Assembly: GCA_017472605.1 (NCBI GenBank)
Contig: JAFUPV010000012.1
Coordinates: 470 to 64,469 of the forward strand
Direction of reading: 5' to 3'
From: Lachnospiraceae bacterium
GTDB taxonomy: Bacteria; Bacillota; Clostridia; Lachnospirales; Lachnospiraceae
DNA length: 64,000 nt
The position numbers were made by a program, and so were the translations under genes. Shown in pieces: positions 20,258-30,302 of this stretch; the stretch's first letter is position 1; the number at the start of each line of letters is the position of its first letter. The notes beneath the pieces are model-generated. The model was not told the DNA's origin, did no database searches, and saw nothing but the letters and a program-made list of their open reading frames with translations.

Positions 20258-21511
20258 ATGTATCAGCTCATGATCGTGGATGATGAGATCATGTCTCAGG
20301 AAATCATCTCAAACTATATCAAAAGCAATCTTCCCGCCTATCAGATCACCCATGTCTGCAGCAACGGCGCGGATGCACTTGCCTGCTTTCGCCAGAAACC
20401 GGTTGATCTCGTGCTGGTTGATATCCGCATGCCCGTCATGGATGGAATCGCTTTCATTGAAGAACTGAACCGGCTGACTTCCGACTGCATTCCCATAATC
20501 ATCAGCGGCTACGCGGAATTTGAATATGCCCAGTCGGCAATGAAGCTTGGCGTGAATCACTATCTGCTGAAGCCCCTTGATTTTCTCGAACTGGAGCGCA
20601 GTCTTTCGGCCGCCGCCCATTCCCTGAATTCCAGGAGGCAGCTTCTTGCCTCGCTAAACGTTGCCGAAGACAATCAGGAGATTTTTTTCACGCAGCTCCT
20701 TTTGGGCTCGTATCAGACAAAGGACCAGGCCCTCATCCAGTTTTCCTCTCTGCGTTTCCCCTTTTCCTATGACGCCTGCAGCGGAATCTGTCTGCAGATC
20801 CGGTTTCATTCGCTGGAGCCGGAACGTCTGGAACTGGATCCGCTCTATATGGGAATTAAAAATCTGCTTCATCTGCTCTTTTCCGCCCGATATCTGGTGC
20901 TCCTTTCTGCCAGAAACAGCACCTGCAGATACCTTCTCATCACCGATCATCTTGCGGACAGCCGGTTTGAGGAACTGCGCCTTCAGGCGCTCCAGCTGTT
21001 GGGTATTGAGATCACAGTAGAGCCTCTTCTCTCGTTTTCTTCGCTGGAGGAGCTGCGTACGAAAAAACCGGATTTTCTTCTTTTGGATTCCCGGCCGGCG
21101 AATCCTCCCTTCTCATTGCCCGGGGAACCGGTTCCATTTCTTTCCGTTCTGGACGAACCGGGACAAAAAAGCACAGCAGAAGCCATTCAGTCAAGCATTG
21201 AACAGGCGATTGTCTATATGAAGGAACACTTTGCGGAGGATTTAACGCGGGAAGCGGTGGCGGAAAAGGTGTACATGTCAGGTGCGCACTTCAGCCGGTG
21301 CTTTAAGCTTGTCATGCGGACTTCCTACAAAGATTATCTGACAGAAATCCGCATGCAGAAGGCCATCGAGCTGCTGAAAACCAATTGCCGGATCCAGGAC
21401 ATTGCCAGACAGGTGGGCTATCCGAACCCCAACCGTTTTAACATCAACTTCCGGCAATACACATCCTATACACCATCGGAATACCGCAGGCAGGTTCTGA
21501 AGCTGATCTGA
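20258..21511 (+). CDS. Response regulator with C-terminal AraC domain (YesN-like)
   Basis: MIVDDE, VDIRMPVMDG, YLLKP; AraC HTH SGAHFSRCFK...VGYPNPNRF; start moved to MYQL (RBS GGAGG). Confidence 0.93.
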   Translation: MYQLMIVDDEIMSQEIISNYIKSNLPAYQITHVCSNGADALACFRQKPVDLVLVDIRMPVMDGIAFIEELNRLTSDCIPIIISGYAEFEYAQSAMKLGVNHYLLKPLDFLELERSLSAAAHSLNSRRQLLASLNVAEDNQEIFFTQLLLGSYQTKDQALIQFSSLRFPFSYDACSGICLQIRFHSLEPERLELDPLYMGIKNLLHLLFSARYLVLLSARNSTCRYLLITDHLADSRFEELRLQALQLLGIEITVEPLLSFSSLEELRTKKPDFLLLDSRPANPPFSLPGEPVPFLSVLDEPGQKSTAEAIQSSIEQAIVYMKEHFAEDLTREAVAEKVYMSGAHFSRCFKLVMRTSYKDYLTEIRMQKAIELLKTNCRIQDIARQVGYPNPNRFNINFRQYTSYTPSEYRRQVLKLI

Positions 21512-21623
21512 AACGTTCTGCCCCTTTCCGGCCGGTCCCGCCTGAAGTCTGTACCGCCGAACGTCTTTCCCACCGGATTTTCTGCTTTCTCTCCCGTTCC
21601 GATTTCAATCAGGAGGTATCTGT

Positions 21624-23357
21624 ATGAACCAGATCAAAAAACTGGTATCGAATTCGTTTGTAAAAAAGTGGTTTTTTACCCTTCTGCTTTTCGTAACCAT
21701 TCTGTTTATCTGCTTCATGGTATACACAAGAATTCATTCCGTGCGTCAGCTGCAGGTGGAATTTACTTCCTACAGCGAACTGCAGACAGAACGGATTTCC
21801 GAGCATCTGGATGACAGCATCCAAAGCTGCAGGAGGGTGGGCGCACTGCTGTCACTGGACGAGATGATCAACATCTATCTGTTTCGGGAGAACGCGGTCT
21901 CCGTCTTTCCGGATCTCTACACACAGATCCGCTCCCAGCTGACCGCCTATACGCAGGGGCTTCCCGTGATCGACTCCATCTATCTGTACCCTGCTTCCCA
22001 AAAAGAAATCTTCCTGTCCGATTATTCCGTTCCGGTTCCGTCCGGCAGCTTTTCCGATACCAACTGGATTTCCGCGCTGGATGGGCTGGACGATATGACT
22101 TACATATACCGGAAGAAAAACAACCGGTATCCCTACCTTGCCACCCTGCTCATACCGATTCAGCAGTCCGGCCAGAAGGCTCACATTGTCCTGAACATGA
22201 ACCTGTACCAGCTTTCCATTCTGGAAGACAAGAACGACAACTCGTTCCAGAATATCTATATTGTGTCGGAGGAAGGCGATATTCTTTACCGCACCTTCCA
22301 GCAGAATATGCCGGAAGACAGAAGCGCTGTCCCGAACCTGCACCATTTCGATGGAACTGCCGACTATCTGAGCTATTACGCCGATACCGACTCGCCTTAC
22401 ATTTACGTCCAGCAGCATTCATCCAAATTTCCATGGTACTACATCACCATCACGACTCCTCAGAGCTTCCGGGTTCCGTCCTATGACTTCTTTGGTGAGC
22501 TGCTGTCGTTTCTCCCGTGGCTTCTGGTTCTGGCAATCATTCTTATCATCTGTCTGGTGCTGATGTTCACCCATCCGCTGCGCACCATCTCCACGTTTCT
22601 GGATGCGCCCATCAAGCAAATGCCGGACAATATTTCCGAACCTGAGGTGCAGAAAATCATCCGGCAGTTTATTAATTATGTTCATACCAACCAGTCCCTT
22701 TCCGATGAACTGAACCATCAGATGGAGCTGCAGAACAATGCGACCTACTGTGCGCTGCAGGCGCAGATCAATCCACATTTTCTGTTTAATACACTGAATA
22801 TGATTCGCAACATGGAAATCGAAAGCCTTGGCTATCACCATGAAGTGCCAAACACAACTCTGACGCTGTCCCGACTGCTTCAGTACGCCATCAGTTCCAC
22901 CGAACTGGTTCCCCTGAAGACGGAATTCTATTACATGGATCTTTACCTGACCATCCTGAATCAGCGTTACCGGCAGGCTCTGCAGTTTGAGATTCAGACG
23001 GACTCCCATTCCGATGACCTGCTGATGCCGAAAATGATCCTGCAGCCGCTGGTGGAAAACGCAGTCTTCCATGGCTGCGCGCCGGCGCTGGATACCTGCA
23101 ACCGGATTATGATCACTGCCCGGAACGCGGACAGCACCTGCACCATAACGATCCGTGACAACGGAATCGGCATTGCGCCGGACGCACTGAACGAGCTTCG
23201 TCAGTCACTGACAAACATGAATGAAATCCCCAGCAATTCCATTGGCCTGCAGAACGTAGCGTTCCGCATGTATCTGACCTATGGAAAGGAGTTTCATCTC
23301 ACCATCGACAGCACAGTTGGAGAAGGAACCTGCATCACACTTTCCTTCCCGGCCTGA
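21624..23357 (+). CDS. Sensor histidine kinase (YesM/LytS-like)
   Basis: Two transmembrane segments; LQAQINPHFLFNTL, LQPLVENAVFHG, DNGIG, IGLQNV. Confidence 0.93.
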   Translation: MNQIKKLVSNSFVKKWFFTLLLFVTILFICFMVYTRIHSVRQLQVEFTSYSELQTERISEHLDDSIQSCRRVGALLSLDEMINIYLFRENAVSVFPDLYTQIRSQLTAYTQGLPVIDSIYLYPASQKEIFLSDYSVPVPSGSFSDTNWISALDGLDDMTYIYRKKNNRYPYLATLLIPIQQSGQKAHIVLNMNLYQLSILEDKNDNSFQNIYIVSEEGDILYRTFQQNMPEDRSAVPNLHHFDGTADYLSYYADTDSPYIYVQQHSSKFPWYYITITTPQSFRVPSYDFFGELLSFLPWLLVLAIILIICLVLMFTHPLRTISTFLDAPIKQMPDNISEPEVQKIIRQFINYVHTNQSLSDELNHQMELQNNATYCALQAQINPHFLFNTLNMIRNMEIESLGYHHEVPNTTLTLSRLLQYAISSTELVPLKTEFYYMDLYLTILNQRYRQALQFEIQTDSHSDDLLMPKMILQPLVENAVFHGCAPALDTCNRIMITARNADSTCTITIRDNGIGIAPDALNELRQSLTNMNEIPSNSIGLQNVAFRMYLTYGKEFHLTIDSTVGEGTCITLSFPA

Positions 23358-23472
23358 ACTGCGGTACATGTTTCTGCACAGACCGCTTCCGGTCACTGGT
23401 ACTGAAATCATTGAAGCGGCGCACCAGCCCGGGTTCCAGACGGTGCACCGCTCAGAAAGAGAGGATATTATT

Positions 23473-24186
23473 ATGAATTTCATTATGGATCTTCACACCC
23501 ATTCCGTCGCCTGCGGCCACGCCTACAGCACCTTTTTTGAAAATGTATGCGCCGCTTACGAAAAAGGACTTGCTGTTTACGGCTTCAGCGAACATGCTCC
23601 GGCCCTGCTGAAAGGAACGGAACCGGCTTTTTTCGCAAATCTGAAGATACTTCCCGGCGAATACAAAGGGATGCGGATTTTAAAGGGATGCGAAGTGAAC
23701 ATCATTGATCTGGAAGGTCATTTTGATCTGAATGAGAAACTCCTTGGTTCCCTGGATTATGTGATTGCCAGTCTCCACATTGACTGTCTGAAACCAGGTA
23801 CGGCCAAAGAGAATACGGACTGTCTGATCCGCGTCATGGATCATTCCTTTGTCCGGATCATCGCCCATCCGGATGATTCCCAGTTTCCGCTGGAATATGA
23901 ACGGCTGGTGGCTGCCGCGAAGGAAAAGAAGGTGCTTCTGGAAGTGAACGAAAGCTCGTTAAAACCGACCTCTTCCCGGAAGGGAGGCCGGGAGCATGTG
24001 CTTACCTATCTGGAACTCTGCAAGTGCCATCGTGTCCCTGTTATTCTCAACACAGACGCGCACTATGCGCCGCTGATCGGGGATTTTACCAATGGACGGC
24101 GGGTTTTGGAAGAGGTGGATTTTCCGGAAGAGCTGGTGGTAAATACCAGCGTTGAGATGCTTCGGCGGTATTTGCCGGTGGTGTAA
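23473..24186 (+). CDS. PHP domain phosphatase (YcdX-like)
   Basis: DLHTHS..CGHAYST, FSEH, GCEVN, IASLH, IAHPDD, NTDAH. Confidence 0.9.
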   Translation: MNFIMDLHTHSVACGHAYSTFFENVCAAYEKGLAVYGFSEHAPALLKGTEPAFFANLKILPGEYKGMRILKGCEVNIIDLEGHFDLNEKLLGSLDYVIASLHIDCLKPGTAKENTDCLIRVMDHSFVRIIAHPDDSQFPLEYERLVAAAKEKKVLLEVNESSLKPTSSRKGGREHVLTYLELCKCHRVPVILNTDAHYAPLIGDFTNGRRVLEEVDFPEELVVNTSVEMLRRYLPVV

Positions 24187-24198
24187 GCAGCGCTCCAT

Positions 24199-25080
24199 TT
24201 ATTCCTTTTTCTCCTCCCGGTCATACAGATAAAGATATAAATCCTCCAATGTCGGCACGGCCTCTTTCCACTCCTCCCCGGGTTCCCGGTCACTCAGCAC
24301 CTTCAGGCGCACGCGGTCACCTTCCCGTGTCACCTGGCTGACCGGATACTTTTGGGAGATTTCCTCCCAGTTTTCATAGGGAACCCACACATAAAACATG
24401 TTTCCCTGCAGAGCGTCTGTGCAAAGCTTCTGCAGATTTCCGGACATGCAGATTTCCCCTTCCCGAAGGAATACCACCTCTTTTGCAATCATTTCTATGT
24501 CCGTCACAATGTGAGTTGCTATGATCACAATTTTGTTGAAAGCCACCTGAGAGATCAGATTGCGGATCCGCACCCGTTCTTTGGGATCCAGTCCCGCTGT
24601 CGGTTCGTCCAGAATCAGTACCGCCGGATCACCAAGCACTGCCTGTGCGATCAGCGCCCGCTGCCGCATTCCGCCGGAGAAACCGCCAAGGCGTTTCTGA
24701 CGGACATCCGCCAGATTTACCATCGGAAGGATCCGGTCAATCTGCCGCTTTGTCTCTGCTTTCGTCAGCCCCTTTAACGCTGCCATGTAATACAGAAACC
24801 GTTCCAGCGTCATGGCAGGGTAGAGCTGCTGCTGCTGCGGGACAAAGCCAATTTTTTCCCGGTAGCGCTCCGCAAGCGTGCGGATGTCTGTCCCGTTAAA
24901 GGAAACCGAGCCGCTGTCTGCGCTCAGATTGTCTGTCAGAATGTTCATCAGTGTCGATTTTCCGGCTCCGTTTGGGCCAAGAAGACCATAGACGCCGTCG
25001 GTAAATGTGTACTGAAACAATTTCAGTGCCTGCTTCTTTCCATAGGATTTTGATAATCCTTCGATACGCAACTCATTCAT
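24199..25080 (-). CDS. ABC transporter ATP-binding protein (export/multidrug type)
   Basis: GPNGAGKST, FSGGMRQR, LDEPTAGLD. Confidence 0.95.
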   Translation of the reverse strand: MNELRIEGLSKSYGKKQALKLFQYTFTDGVYGLLGPNGAGKSTLMNILTDNLSADSGSVSFNGTDIRTLAERYREKIGFVPQQQQLYPAMTLERFLYYMAALKGLTKAETKRQIDRILPMVNLADVRQKRLGGFSGGMRQRALIAQAVLGDPAVLILDEPTAGLDPKERVRIRNLISQVAFNKIVIIATHIVTDIEMIAKEVVFLREGEICMSGNLQKLCTDALQGNMFYVWVPYENWEEISQKYPVSQVTREGDRVRLKVLSDREPGEEWKEAVPTLEDLYLYLYDREEKKE

Positions 25081-25230
25081 ATACGTCCATCCCCTCTATT
25101 GATCGGTTGTCTCCGGTTTTAATCCTGACCGCAGCAACCCATTTTGATGTCTTTTCATTCCAATGCCTTCTCCTTTTGACGCCTTCGCATTCTGATATCT
25201 TCCCTTTATAATACTTCCGCAAATCTCACG

Positions 25231-25275
25231 CACCGATTCAGGCATTACCAACTCTGGCATTACCGATTCCGGCAT
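25231..25275. repeat. 3 x 15-bp tandem repeat at the permease stop codon
   Basis: caccgattcaggcat / taccaactctggcat / taccgattccggcat. Confidence 0.85.
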
Positions 25276-27086
25276 TACAGCAGCCATGTGAAACCTTTTG
25301 CCATCCCAAGCGCAGCCAGTTCGATCACAGCCAGCTGAATGATCTGCTGCCCAAGCAGATACATGCCAAGGCTGATCCAGCCGGGTACCCGGTCAAGAAT
25401 GGAAAGAGACGCCGCACTGGCTGACAGGCCGTTTAATCCGTATGTCTGAATCACCCGCATGTAAAACGGCACGAACAGGAACAGAAAAATCATCAGTCCG
25501 GCAGTCAGGATCCATACCCGTTTCTTTTTCCGAATCTGCCGCCAGCCTGCCTTTGTGGCACAGATCAGCCGCTTCTGTCCATATCGGTATTCCATGCCCC
25601 AGACTGTTCCCATGGATACCAGCAGAAACAGCACTGCGATACCCGCCATCAAACCATAGTATCCGGCATTTGTCTGCCAGATCAGTCGGCCATAGCCTTT
25701 TTCATAAAGAATCTGCCCATTGGGAAGTTCCTTCAGACGGTCCGCCCTGGACCGGATGATCTGGTACGCATTATAAATTTCAAAATTCTGGCTTCCCGCT
25801 GCCATCAAAAGCGCTTCTTCCTGCATCTTCGCCACAATCTGCTCCAGCCGCTCACCCTCCTCCTGCAGCCACACGTCCTTCTCCTCGTCCCATGTTCCCT
25901 GCAGGCGCTGGCAATACTGCCACTGATAGTATTCCTGCTCCGTCGAATAGAGAGGATACTTCTTCTCATAAATTTTCCCGGCAGCTGCCGCCAGCAGCAC
26001 CAGAAGAATCAGCCATCCTCCCATGACCAGCAGCTTATAACCTTCATGAAGCAGATGACTGGTATGCCGGATCCATCCAAACCTCAGAACACGTCCTGTC
26101 CTCTTTCCCGCTTCCATGACCATTCCATGCCCAAACAGATTCAGCGGAAGAAAAACTGCAAGAAGAATTCCGTGCCCGATGCCCATAACCCATATCATGT
26201 TTACCGGATGGCCGAAGCAGTTCAGATTGTGGAATTCCGTAAAAAAGTCCGCGCAGCCAAGGAAATACCAGAGATTTAAGTATTTCAGAGACACCAGCCA
26301 GGACTGCCGGTCAATCCCGTGATAACAGCAGAACCCGCTCAGAAGAACAATCAGCCAGATCCATGCCGCCCATCCCGTTTTCCTGCACCACAGGGTACAT
26401 CCGCAGCAGACAGCGGTTAACGTCACACATGCCGCGCTGCGAAACAGATACCAGACCAGCAGAAACGTCCCCATGCTCCATTTCTGTATGCTGGAAGGAA
26501 AGGCGCTCTGGAGCGTCCTTCCCATGCTCCCCAGGCCGACGGCGGCTTCCATGACAAGGACTCTCGCCGTGGTAAGAACGAGTATTCCGCCAACAGACAG
26601 AAGCAGCAGCGCAGCAAGCTTTGCCCGTCCAAGAAATCCGCGCCCTTTCTTCATCGTTCGGTTCAGCAGATACTGACCTTTTCTCCGCTCTTCCAGCATT
26701 CCCCAGTAACAGAGCATAACAATCCAGACAACAACCAGCACATCGGTTTCATCCGTATCCACGGCAAGCCGTATCCCATCCGCCGGTTCTTCTGAGATAA
26801 CCGTTCCTCTCATCCCATCATAGATTTCCCCGCTCTGTTTTGCATTCCTGTAAACAAAGCTGTTCCTGTCCGCAAAAATGGCAATGGACGTGGAATTCCT
26901 GCTGTGAGTCACCAGAGAATCAATATATTCTTCGTATTCCTGCTGCGTCAGAATTGTCGGTTCCTGAATCTCCCTCGCCTGCCCGAAAGAAATCCCGATT
27001 TCCAAAAGCAGCAGGCACAGAAACAACAGCACAAACCGCGTCTGACAGCAGATTCGTTCCATTTCATATCGTATCAGCCGAAGCAT
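25275..27086 (-). CDS. Multi-pass membrane protein, probable ABC exporter permease with internal duplication
   Basis: Two blocks of hydrophobic helices with EERRKG..LNRTMKKGR and EYRYG..LICATKAGW ABC-2-like motifs; upstream of the ATPase gene. Confidence 0.75.
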   Translation of the reverse strand: MLRLIRYEMERICCQTRFVLLFLCLLLLEIGISFGQAREIQEPTILTQQEYEEYIDSLVTHSRNSTSIAIFADRNSFVYRNAKQSGEIYDGMRGTVISEEPADGIRLAVDTDETDVLVVVWIVMLCYWGMLEERRKGQYLLNRTMKKGRGFLGRAKLAALLLLSVGGILVLTTARVLVMEAAVGLGSMGRTLQSAFPSSIQKWSMGTFLLVWYLFRSAACVTLTAVCCGCTLWCRKTGWAAWIWLIVLLSGFCCYHGIDRQSWLVSLKYLNLWYFLGCADFFTEFHNLNCFGHPVNMIWVMGIGHGILLAVFLPLNLFGHGMVMEAGKRTGRVLRFGWIRHTSHLLHEGYKLLVMGGWLILLVLLAAAAGKIYEKKYPLYSTEQEYYQWQYCQRLQGTWDEEKDVWLQEEGERLEQIVAKMQEEALLMAAGSQNFEIYNAYQIIRSRADRLKELPNGQILYEKGYGRLIWQTNAGYYGLMAGIAVLFLLVSMGTVWGMEYRYGQKRLICATKAGWRQIRKKKRVWILTAGLMIFLFLFVPFYMRVIQTYGLNGLSASAASLSILDRVPGWISLGMYLLGQQIIQLAVIELAALGMAKGFTWLL

Positions 27087-27146
27087 CGTCCCATCCTCCT
27101 GTTACTTATACAGTTCCATGTACCGCAGATCCATGGATCAGTCCAG

Positions 27147-28385
27147 TCACGGTTCCTCCTCTGCCCACACAGCATTGTGCCAGATCACTTTCTTATCAGC
27201 CAGTTCCTCTACTTCCAGATACATGGTATCTTTATATGGCTCCGGATCAATGGAAAAATAAATCTTTCCATCATAATATCCCTGATAGCTGTGCCTTTCT
27301 CCGGTTTTCTCATCCACGGGCAATTCCGCTTTCACCACAAGCGCTCCTGTATTCCGGTCAATCAGACGCAGCCAGTCTTCCTCATCCATCATCATCGCAT
27401 AATCATCAATCAGCTGAAACGCCCAGATGTCTTTGCAGTCGGAACTCTCCCATTCCCACAGAACCTTTTCTTCCCCATTTTTTGCCCAAATCAGCCGGTT
27501 TTCCCAATCCAGAAGGAGAACTCCAAGTTCCGGATCAAATCCGACCGCTCCACAGGTTTCATAGAATGACGTTTCCGTCTCATAAACAGGCTTTAAATCG
27601 TTTTCTTTCGGATCATAGCAGATATATTGACGTGAAACTGTCACACTCTGCTTCAATGCCTCTGTCTCTTCCGATGTCAGACCAGACCCGCTAAACAAGG
27701 ACGACAAATCCTGGCTGAACGCGTTTTTCTCGAAATAAACGCAGCCATCCAGAGCCGTCAAATAAGAATATCCTCCATGGAAGCTTCCTTTTGTTGTATC
27801 CAATATTTCTGTCTCCAGCGTATCCAGATTCAGAGCCGCCAAAATCCCATAGCTGTCCATTGTCATCACATATTCACCAGGTGTCGTTTCCTCATAATAA
27901 GTATCAACATAGTACAGCATGTTATCAATCAGGCACAGATCCGACATGTAATTTCCCGGTATGCAGTCTGTCAATTCTTTCTTTCCGCTTCCATCAACGG
28001 ATGCCTTCCAGACGGAATGAGCATTCATCCCTTCCCCCTGTCCGATCAGATACAGTGCCCCCTGATAAAAGAACGCTTTCTCGCCTCCAATCGGCAGCAG
28101 GGACGCGCTGCAGCTGCTGCCGGTATGGGCACAGCCTTCTGTCGCGCACAGAAAAACCTCCTGCCCCGTTGCGAAATCAATGTATTTCAGAAATGGGGAA
28201 CCATTTTGAATGTAATGCTTCAGAATTCCGTTATCGGTAATGCTTGCCCATCCGGTCGTCCCTGTTGTTCCAAAAAATGCTCTCGTTGTTTCCGCCACTT
28301 CCGTCTTTTTGGAACATGCGCTGATACTCAGCATTCCTGCCAGCAGGATTATCTGAAATAGAATTTTCTTTTTCTGTTTTCTCAT
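27147..28385 (-). CDS. Lipoprotein, probable beta-propeller, with a Cys/His cluster
   Basis: Start MRKQKKK; lipobox ISAC; LCATEGCAHTGSSCSA; repeated WKASVDG / LAALNLDT beta-blade-like segments. Confidence 0.7.
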   Translation of the reverse strand: MRKQKKKILFQIILLAGMLSISACSKKTEVAETTRAFFGTTGTTGWASITDNGILKHYIQNGSPFLKYIDFATGQEVFLCATEGCAHTGSSCSASLLPIGGEKAFFYQGALYLIGQGEGMNAHSVWKASVDGSGKKELTDCIPGNYMSDLCLIDNMLYYVDTYYEETTPGEYVMTMDSYGILAALNLDTLETEILDTTKGSFHGGYSYLTALDGCVYFEKNAFSQDLSSLFSGSGLTSEETEALKQSVTVSRQYICYDPKENDLKPVYETETSFYETCGAVGFDPELGVLLLDWENRLIWAKNGEEKVLWEWESSDCKDIWAFQLIDDYAMMMDEEDWLRLIDRNTGALVVKAELPVDEKTGERHSYQGYYDGKIYFSIDPEPYKDTMYLEVEELADKKVIWHNAVWAEEEP

Positions 28386-28430
28386 AGATATCACCCTCTT
28401 TTCCCTGATCTGTGAATCCCGGCAACAAAA

Positions 28431-28456
28431 CGGCTGCGGAATCATTTCCGCAGCCG
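28431..28456 (-). terminator. Hairpin terminator
   Basis: CGGCTGCGGAA/TTCCGCAGCCG stem flanked by AACAAAA and TTTTGTT. Confidence 0.7.
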
Positions 28457-28469
28457 CTCTTTTTGTTCA

Positions 28470-28512
28470 TACATCCGGGCGAACGTGCCTGTGACACGTC
28501 CGGTTGGATTTA
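28470..28512 (-). repeat. REP-like palindromic element, copy 2 (its TAA is the stop codon of the upstream gene)
   Basis: Minus strand TAAATCCAACCGGACGTGTCACAGGCACGTTCGCCCGGATGTA; 38/43 identical to 16500-16542. Confidence 0.8.
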
Positions 28513-30150
28513 TTCTGCCAGCTGACGGTTCATTTCCTCCAAAACAGCTTCCAGTCCTGCCTCCAGCAATTTCTCATGCAGCTCTTCCAGCAGCACTTCC
28601 GTTTCCGCGCCATACATCCCCCAGAATACAGGCGCATAGGAATCGTAAAGTTCCATGCAGGCATCATATTCCTTCTGTACCGCAGAAAGATCAATCGCGG
28701 ATTCGTCCACAAGCGGCATTGACACATATGCATTTGCCTGCAGCTGTGCCTCATAGCACGTTTCGTAAAACGGGATGGAAAGCTCCGCCAGCGCGCGGCA
28801 GGAGGTTCCTAAGCCAAGTCCCATGATGCCGCCTTTTCGGGTGTGATGCACAAGAAACGGTTCTTCTTTCGACGTATCATCGACGTAATAACTCCATCCC
28901 TCGATTCCGGAATATACCAGATTCCGAAATTCCATATCGGAATAAAGCAGATCCAGAAACTGCAGACATTCTTCCGGATACTGTGTTTCTGCGTCCACGC
29001 CAATTCCCATTTTTGCCAGGTTGATGCAGGTTTCGACGTTCAGGATGTTCGGCCATGCAAGGTATGCCGTGCCATATGGATCGGAATTCACGTATCCCCA
29101 TGTGAGACGGTATGCTTCATTGGGGACGAACACTGCCATACAATAAGCTGCCGTATCCGCGGTGGTCCGCAATTCCGGAGTTTTTATGATTCCTGTTTTT
29201 GACTGGCAGGAACTGATCAGAGTCTCCCCATAACCCAGCACGCCTGCTTCCCTGTATTGTCCCAGACACAGATACCAGTTTTTCAGCGTTTCATCTTCGA
29301 GAAAATCAACGACACGCAATGTCCCATCTTCCATTTGGCTGACAGCCCAATACGGTGCGAATTCCTGATAACCTGCAATCTCAAAAAATCCTTCATAAAA
29401 CGAATTTCCCACTTCCATACGCACCGGAATCACACCATTCTGTTTCAGCTGCTCATTTTCAGCCAGAATGGAAAGATCACTGACCGTATTTGTCCACGCA
29501 ATCGGGTAAACATCGCTCAGTTCTTTGTTGTAGTAGATTACATAGGGATTTGAAATCTCAAAACATGCAGGAATTGCATAAATCCCGCCGTCCGCACCTT
29601 TTAATGCTTCTATGCTGACTTCTGCCACCCAGTTATCTTCTGACCGCGTGTAATATGCGTTCAGGGCATCCAGCAGATGTCTTCCCGTTTCCGACTCCAG
29701 ATAGGGGGACAAATTCAGCAGATATCCATTTTCCAGACAATAGGCCTGCAGTTCGGAACTGGTTGTAAAAAAGATGTCCGCAGCCATTCCTTCTTCTTTT
29801 CTGGTTTTATATATCTCAACCGGTGTCAGGAAATCGCCGCTGAAGGATTCCTGATAACCCAGCTCAATTGCAAATTGATATCCGTTTTCTTTCAGATACT
29901 GATTGATCGCATTGATATGCTCCGGATAGCTCACAATGGTGTCATCGATTATTGTAAGAACAATGCCCTCCGGGGCTTTTTCTTCCGCATCGACCTCCGC
30001 CGTACATTCAAACTCCATGTACACAATGTTAGGACTTGCTTCGCCAAAGGTGATTTCTCCTTCTTCTGCGGTTTCGGCAACCGCATTTATACAATTCAAA
30101 AGCAATAGTGCAGACAGAAAAAAGCCAGTGTGTTCCCAGAATCCTTTCAT
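28510..30150 (-). CDS. Secreted solute-binding-protein-like protein
   Basis: Signal peptide; ADIFF, LLNLSPYLESE, DGGIYAIP, YPEECLQFLDLLY, LLEAGLEAVLEEMNRQL resemble family-1 SBPs. Confidence 0.65.
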   Translation of the reverse strand: MKGFWEHTGFFLSALLLLNCINAVAETAEEGEITFGEASPNIVYMEFECTAEVDAEEKAPEGIVLTIIDDTIVSYPEHINAINQYLKENGYQFAIELGYQESFSGDFLTPVEIYKTRKEEGMAADIFFTTSSELQAYCLENGYLLNLSPYLESETGRHLLDALNAYYTRSEDNWVAEVSIEALKGADGGIYAIPACFEISNPYVIYYNKELSDVYPIAWTNTVSDLSILAENEQLKQNGVIPVRMEVGNSFYEGFFEIAGYQEFAPYWAVSQMEDGTLRVVDFLEDETLKNWYLCLGQYREAGVLGYGETLISSCQSKTGIIKTPELRTTADTAAYCMAVFVPNEAYRLTWGYVNSDPYGTAYLAWPNILNVETCINLAKMGIGVDAETQYPEECLQFLDLLYSDMEFRNLVYSGIEGWSYYVDDTSKEEPFLVHHTRKGGIMGLGLGTSCRALAELSIPFYETCYEAQLQANAYVSMPLVDESAIDLSAVQKEYDACMELYDSYAPVFWGMYGAETEVLLEELHEKLLEAGLEAVLEEMNRQLAE

Positions 30151-30302
30151 TCGCTCGCCTCCTTTTTCTCAGCATATCATTTCCAACAGGTAAAAGCAAG
30201 AAACTTTTTATTTCTGCAAAAGTCCCCTGCTTACCCATTGTTTATATCGCTCATCCGACATATTTAATTATTCTGAGATTCCGTTTTCTGTTAGAACTGA
30301 TC

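Noticed and set aside
25096-25287. 63-aa ORF (MAAVMPESVMPELVMPES...)
   Set aside because: It is largely a product of the 15-bp repeat, has no clear RBS, and gives no evidence of being a real gene or a frameshifted permease tail
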